From the NCBI GenBank assembly GCA_963796685.1, contig CAWCMR010000025.1, forward strand, positions 1,152,001 through 1,216,000: a DNA stretch of 64,000 nucleotides, read 5' to 3'. A program made the position numbers and the translations under genes. The notes under the pieces were generated by a model that saw only the letters and a list, made by a program, of their open reading frames with translations, searched no databases and was not told the origin of the DNA. Below are positions 59,725 to 64,000 of the stretch, piece by piece. This stretch comes from an uncultured delta proteobacterium. GTDB taxonomy: Bacteria; Myxococcota_A; Polyangia; Fen-1088. Every line of letters starts with the position of its first letter. Position 1 is the stretch's first letter.

Positions 59725-60702
59725 TTATCCGCTATGATGCTGCCGTTGCCACAAGGAATAGACCACCGTCGTGAGGTTCTCCCCGCTCGGGATGCGAGGA
59801 ACCGCCAGCCAGTCCGTATCCGCGTTTGCCACGCCGGGCGATGTTGAGAACGCGACTGTGAAGCCGTGCTCGCGCAAGAGAGCTTGGGTCTGGGAGGTGT
59901 AGTCGGCCGGACTGCCATTGGGATAGGCGAATAGCCAGGGGTGTTGCCCCGTCTCGGCGGCGATACGCTCGCGGCAGGTGCGGATCTCCATGGAGGCTTG
60001 GTCTGAGGTAATCCGCGACAGGATGGGGTGATTGTGGGTGTGGCCGCCGAATCGGGTCAGGTCCAAGGTGCGGCGAACCTCGTCCCAGTTGAGGAACTCC
60101 CGCTTCGGGGGCGAGGGCTCGCCCAACTCGTCCAGCAGCCGCGCCAGGACGGTGTGACGTCCATCATCTGGAAGCCCCTTCAGATGCGCGCGCGCCTGTC
60201 GGCCAAAGGCCGCCCGCGCGGCCGCATCAGGAAGGGGGACGAGCGGTCCATCCGGGGACAGTTGCATCGTCGTCCGTCGGGTGGCGAGGGCTGCCCGCTG
60301 CACGCGATCGGTCCACAGCGTCCCGCCCTCGTCGACCAACGAGGTGGCCAGGAACACTATCGCCGGGATCTGGAGATCGCGCAGAATAGGATAGGCGAGG
60401 TCGTGGTAATCGCGGTAGCCGTCATCGAAGGTGATTAGCACTGCGGGCTTGAGGCGGCTGGGATGGCGGGCACGGTCCACCAGGGCCTCGGGCGCAATGG
60501 GATCGCAGTGCCTGCGGATCCATTGCATCTGGGACGCGAAGCGATCGACGGGGGTGCCCTCCTCCACCGAGCCGGGCGCTAGCACTCGGTGATACATCAA
60601 GACAAGCACCCCCGGCGGACGCGCGAGAGGACCTACGAGCCGCCAGGCCAAAGTCGAACCAATGATCCGTTTCAAGGCCAAGCGGAACTTCGCTGGTATC
60701 AT
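59725..60702 (-). CDS. polysaccharide deacetylase (CE4)
   Basis: LMYHRV, ITFDDGY, GHTHNHP and FAYPNG motifs. Confidence 0.92.
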   Translation of the reverse strand: MIPAKFRLALKRIIGSTLAWRLVGPLARPPGVLVLMYHRVLAPGSVEEGTPVDRFASQMQWIRRHCDPIAPEALVDRARHPSRLKPAVLITFDDGYRDYHDLAYPILRDLQIPAIVFLATSLVDEGGTLWTDRVQRAALATRRTTMQLSPDGPLVPLPDAAARAAFGRQARAHLKGLPDDGRHTVLARLLDELGEPSPPKREFLNWDEVRRTLDLTRFGGHTHNHPILSRITSDQASMEIRTCRERIAAETGQHPWLFAYPNGSPADYTSQTQALLREHGFTVAFSTSPGVANADTDWLAVPRIPSGENLTTVVYSLWQRQHHSG

Positions 60703-62208
60703 GACGGAACTGTCCCTCCTTTCAATCGGCGCAGCCGATCCATCCCCTTCTTCATAATGGCGCGCGCATCGCGATCAATCAGAACCATTATGACGAGGTA
60801 AATCGCCACGCCCATGACGGCCCGCACGCCTACGGTAGCCAGGCGATGGCCGGAATAGATAAATCGGACTGCTAGGAACATCGACACTGAGCCGAAGGCG
60901 GTGCGTAGCATGGTCGTCCAAGGAATCGCCACGGGCAACAGCCGCCGGCCGACTAGGCCGAAGCCCAGGGCTGTGACACTGTAGCTGATCAGGGTGGCAA
61001 CAGCGGCTGCCAGGATCCCCATGCGGGGAATGAGCACTATATTGAGCACGAGATTGAGCAGCGCCCCGCCAATCACGATGGACATGACGACACGCGTCTT
61101 GCGATGGATGAAGAGGCCCGCTCCCAGCATCGAATTCGTGCCGTCCACCACCATGCCAGCGATCACCCAGGGCAGTATCCCCACCGAGCTGGCGTACTTG
61201 TTGGACGCCAAGGCGGGCAGCAACTCGGGACCGACTGCGGCCAGCCCTGCGATGACTGGGCCACCCAGGACCACGTACGTGCGTAGCGACCGGGCGATGA
61301 AGGCTGCGGTTTCATCTTGGCCCTTGCGGTCCCACAGCTGCATGTACAGCGGCATGATGGCCTGGCTCACCGAAGCGATGAATACGGCTTGCACGTACTG
61401 GCACAGGTTGTACGCAGCCGAGTAGAGGCCCAGCGGCTCCTCTCCCATGAAGCCCTCAATGACGTACCGATCTCCCACCGACAGGATGATTCCCGACAGC
61501 TCGTAGCCGATGAGCATGGGCACACCGAAGCGGAGTAACTCACCATAGAGGGGACGGGAGAATTGCGACAGGGAAGGTCCGGGGCGGTTGCGGAACATGC
61601 TGCGCGCCAAGATGACCATGGCCAGGACTTCGATGATTGCCGTGGCCACGTAGAAGGAAGTCAGGCTGCATGCCACCAGTAGGACAGCCACTAGAATCAA
61701 GGCGAGGCCCACATACTTCTTCGTGACCTGGTAGATCAGCAAGGTCGAAGTCTTCTGCTCGGCACGCAGGAAGTTCACCAGGGCGCTCTCCAGAACCTGG
61801 GCCACCACCACCACCGACACGATCCCCAGTAGGTGCGGCATGCGGACGTTGCCCAGCCAGCGGGCCGGAACGAGTTGCGCACCGATGCCGAGCAGCAGGG
61901 CGACCAAGAGGGAAGTGCCCAGCATGCCCAGCAGCGTGGACGAGGTCAGCCTGGGCCAGCGTGAACTGTCCTTTGCCCGACGAAATTTCACTTTGGTACC
62001 GGATAATGGAGTGCTGCACACCCACCTTCCCCAGTGCCACCGAGATGGTGAGGGTAGCCGCAACCAGGTTCATCACGCCATAGTCGGCGACCGAGAAGAC
62101 GCGGGTCAGGATGGGAAAAGTGATCAGGCCGGCCAACATGGTCAGCAGACCGATGAATGAGTAGTGCGAGGTGTGGACGAGAAGGCGTTTGAGGGGAGAG
62201 TTTGTCAT
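60699..62208 (-). pseudogene. wzx: Wzx-like flippase with a +1 frameshift at about 61950
   Basis: N-terminus (PILTRVFSVADYG) and remainder (GDRYVI...LGLYSAAY) are in different frames; GCC CAG G CTG ACC. Confidence 0.8.
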
Positions 62209-62521
62209 GCGGTGCGCACATTCACCCATCGTGCTCGAAGGACAGAGACCAGACCGCAGGCGGCGGACCGAGGCTCTCCCTTCCGGTTCTCGGGGACGTC
62301 ACGTTGGTCCTCGGGACCTGGATGTGCCTGGGATGGGCGGCTCATGGGCGCCAAACTATAACAGACCCACCTACAGGAACCGACCTAGGGCCGGCAAGAC
62401 TCTCATGGCGCGTAGTGTCAGGAAGGCGGGTCGTTGCTCTTGGTCAGGGAAACTATTACACTACGAGACTACCTTCCCAACCAGTATCTTGCACCTCAAA
62501 CGGACCTAGCAATGTCTCGAA

Positions 62522-64000
62522 ATGAGTAGTCCCGGACCCGGCTTCGGAAGCCTCTTGCCCTCCCTCATTCGGGAAGCAAAGCGTCGCATTTTGTCTTTGA
62601 CCATGCTTTTCGCAGTGGTCGCCATTGGAGGCTTGGTCGTCGGGTTGCTTCTGCCCAAGACCTGGGAATGCTCTGCGTTGCTGGTCCCGGACGCCACTAC
62701 CATCAAGCGCCTGATGGAAGGTGGCGGCAACGCCGAAAACCATTTGGCCACCACGATTCAAGCGGTACAGACCCGCAAAATCATGAATGAAGTCCTTACG
62801 TTCGGCGGGTGGCTGAACGGGAAACCATCGCCGCAGGAGGAGGAACGCCTGCTTGCCCGGCTGCGGTCGCGCCTACGCATCGAAAACAACACACGCGAGA
62901 ACACGATCCGAATCAGCTACCGCGACAACGATCCCAAACGGACGTTCCTGATCACAAACAAGATGGTTGAGATCATGATCCGCGAGGCTGCGAGCGCCAA
63001 GGAAACATCCAGCCGCGAGACCTACGAATTCGTCGAGGGACAGGTGAAGGCGTACGGCGGCGAGCTCACCGTCGCGCACGAGAAACTACTCGCCTACTAC
63101 CGCAACCAGGACGCACCGGCAACTGCCCCCGAATCCGACGGTCCGGCGGGAGAAACATCGCCCGGGCACGGCGACAGTCGCCATTCTGCCCGGATCTCCA
63201 TAGAGGAGCTTGCCAAATTGCGTGCCGAGGAGGCAACCCTGGCCGCCCAACTTGCACGCGCCCGTTCTGGGCCGTCTTCTTCAGGGGAGTCGCGTCGCGC
63301 AGAAGAACAGCTCCGCGCCCGCGTGGAACAATTGCGATTCGAGTACGAGCGCCTTGCTAGCAGCTACACCGAGCGCCATCCAGACGTGGTGCGCAAGGCA
63401 AACGATCTGGAGGCAGCTCGTCAGGAGCTACGGCGAATGGAGGCCGCGCGAGTCGAGAACGATAGAGCCGTAGTCGCGACCGCGGCGCTTGACGAGCAGG
63501 TCGCCAGCGCTGCCCGCGTTCGCCTGGAGGAGCTTCGCGCCCGAATTGAGGCCGGGTCGCCGAACACGTTTGGACGCTCGTCGCGCCACCGTCCATCGAC
63601 CATGGCGCGACCGTCTGCCGTCACCGATACAAACCTAGTTGATCCTGACATGCGCCACGTGGGTCAGGATTCGAAGCTTTCGGAGCTGTTGAGCAGGTAT
63701 GAGACGACCCGCGACGTATACCAGGATCTACTGAAGAAGCGCGAAACCGCGCGCCTTTCCATGAACCTCGATCTCGAGCGCGGAAGCGTCACACTGAGAG
63801 TGCAGGAACCAGCCAGGATGCCGGTTATTGCGAGCGGTCTGCGGGTCATGTACAAGAGCCTCATCGGGCTGGTACTGGCCGCGGCAGTGCCGCTGGGCCT
63901 GCTCGTGGCGCTGGTCTCGTTTGATGGTCGCGTACGCAGCCCGGACCTGATCGAGCGTTTGGCGCGGGTGCCGATTCTGGTCACAATCCCTTACGCTCCT
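62522..64000 (+). CDS. polysaccharide co-polymerase / chain-length determinant (Wzc/GumC-like), runs off the window edge
   Basis: Manual translation: TM1 (GLVVGLLLPKTW), IRISYRDNDP, YTERHPDV, YQDLLKKRETA, VQEPA, TM2 and FDGRVRS. Confidence 0.88.
   Translation, partial: MSSPGPGFGSLLPSLIREAKRRILSLTMLFAVVAIGGLVVGLLLPKTWECSALLVPDATTIKRLMEGGGNAENHLATTIQAVQTRKIMNEVLTFGGWLNGKPSPQEEERLLARLRSRLRIENNTRENTIRISYRDNDPKRTFLITNKMVEIMIREAASAKETSSRETYEFVEGQVKAYGGELTVAHEKLLAYYRNQDAPATAPESDGPAGETSPGHGDSRHSARISIEELAKLRAEEATLAAQLARARSGPSSSGESRRAEEQLRARVEQLRFEYERLASSYTERHPDVVRKANDLEAARQELRRMEAARVENDRAVVATAALDEQVASAARVRLEELRARIEAGSPNTFGRSSRHRPSTMARPSAVTDTNLVDPDMRHVGQDSKLSELLSRYETTRDVYQDLLKKRETARLSMNLDLERGSVTLRVQEPARMPVIASGLRVMYKSLIGLVLAAAVPLGLLVALVSFDGRVRSPDLIERLARVPILVTIPYAP

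Overview
High-GC DNA that looks myxobacterial (Myxococcota-like, inferred from a TIGR02266-type PilZ protein, a myxosortase-like CPBP protease and a short OPX plus beta-barrel export pair). Bases 1-24.3 kb are housekeeping and envelope genes (aroB, comEA-like, cyclophilin, rhomboid, ccmE, lolC/E-like, tatA, mltD-like, rluA-like) with REP-like palindromes. Bases 24.4-64 kb are a patchwork Wzx/Wzy-type exopolysaccharide locus: priming transferase, GT2s, OPX, beta-barrel, Wzx, co-polymerase, modifying enzymes, an RsbW/STAS pair and four paralogous secreted beta-propeller-like genes. The locus is heavily invaded by mobile DNA. The most notable signal is three divergent copies of a four-gene TG...CA transposon-like element (Cys-rich Zn-ribbon/HTH gene, Mu-like DDE transposase, ExeA-type AAA+ ATPase, small protein). 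Two copies share a TGAGC-N13-(C)TGAGGGG-type terminus and a two-hairpin leader that buries the ribosome-binding site, and the elements show a G-to-C skew gradient. Also present: nested ISAzo13, ISKra4-like and ISL3 elements, scattered decayed fragments of the OPX gene, and a near-identical 1.34-kb gene duplication with swapped N-termini. All calls come from reading motifs by eye; no searches were run.
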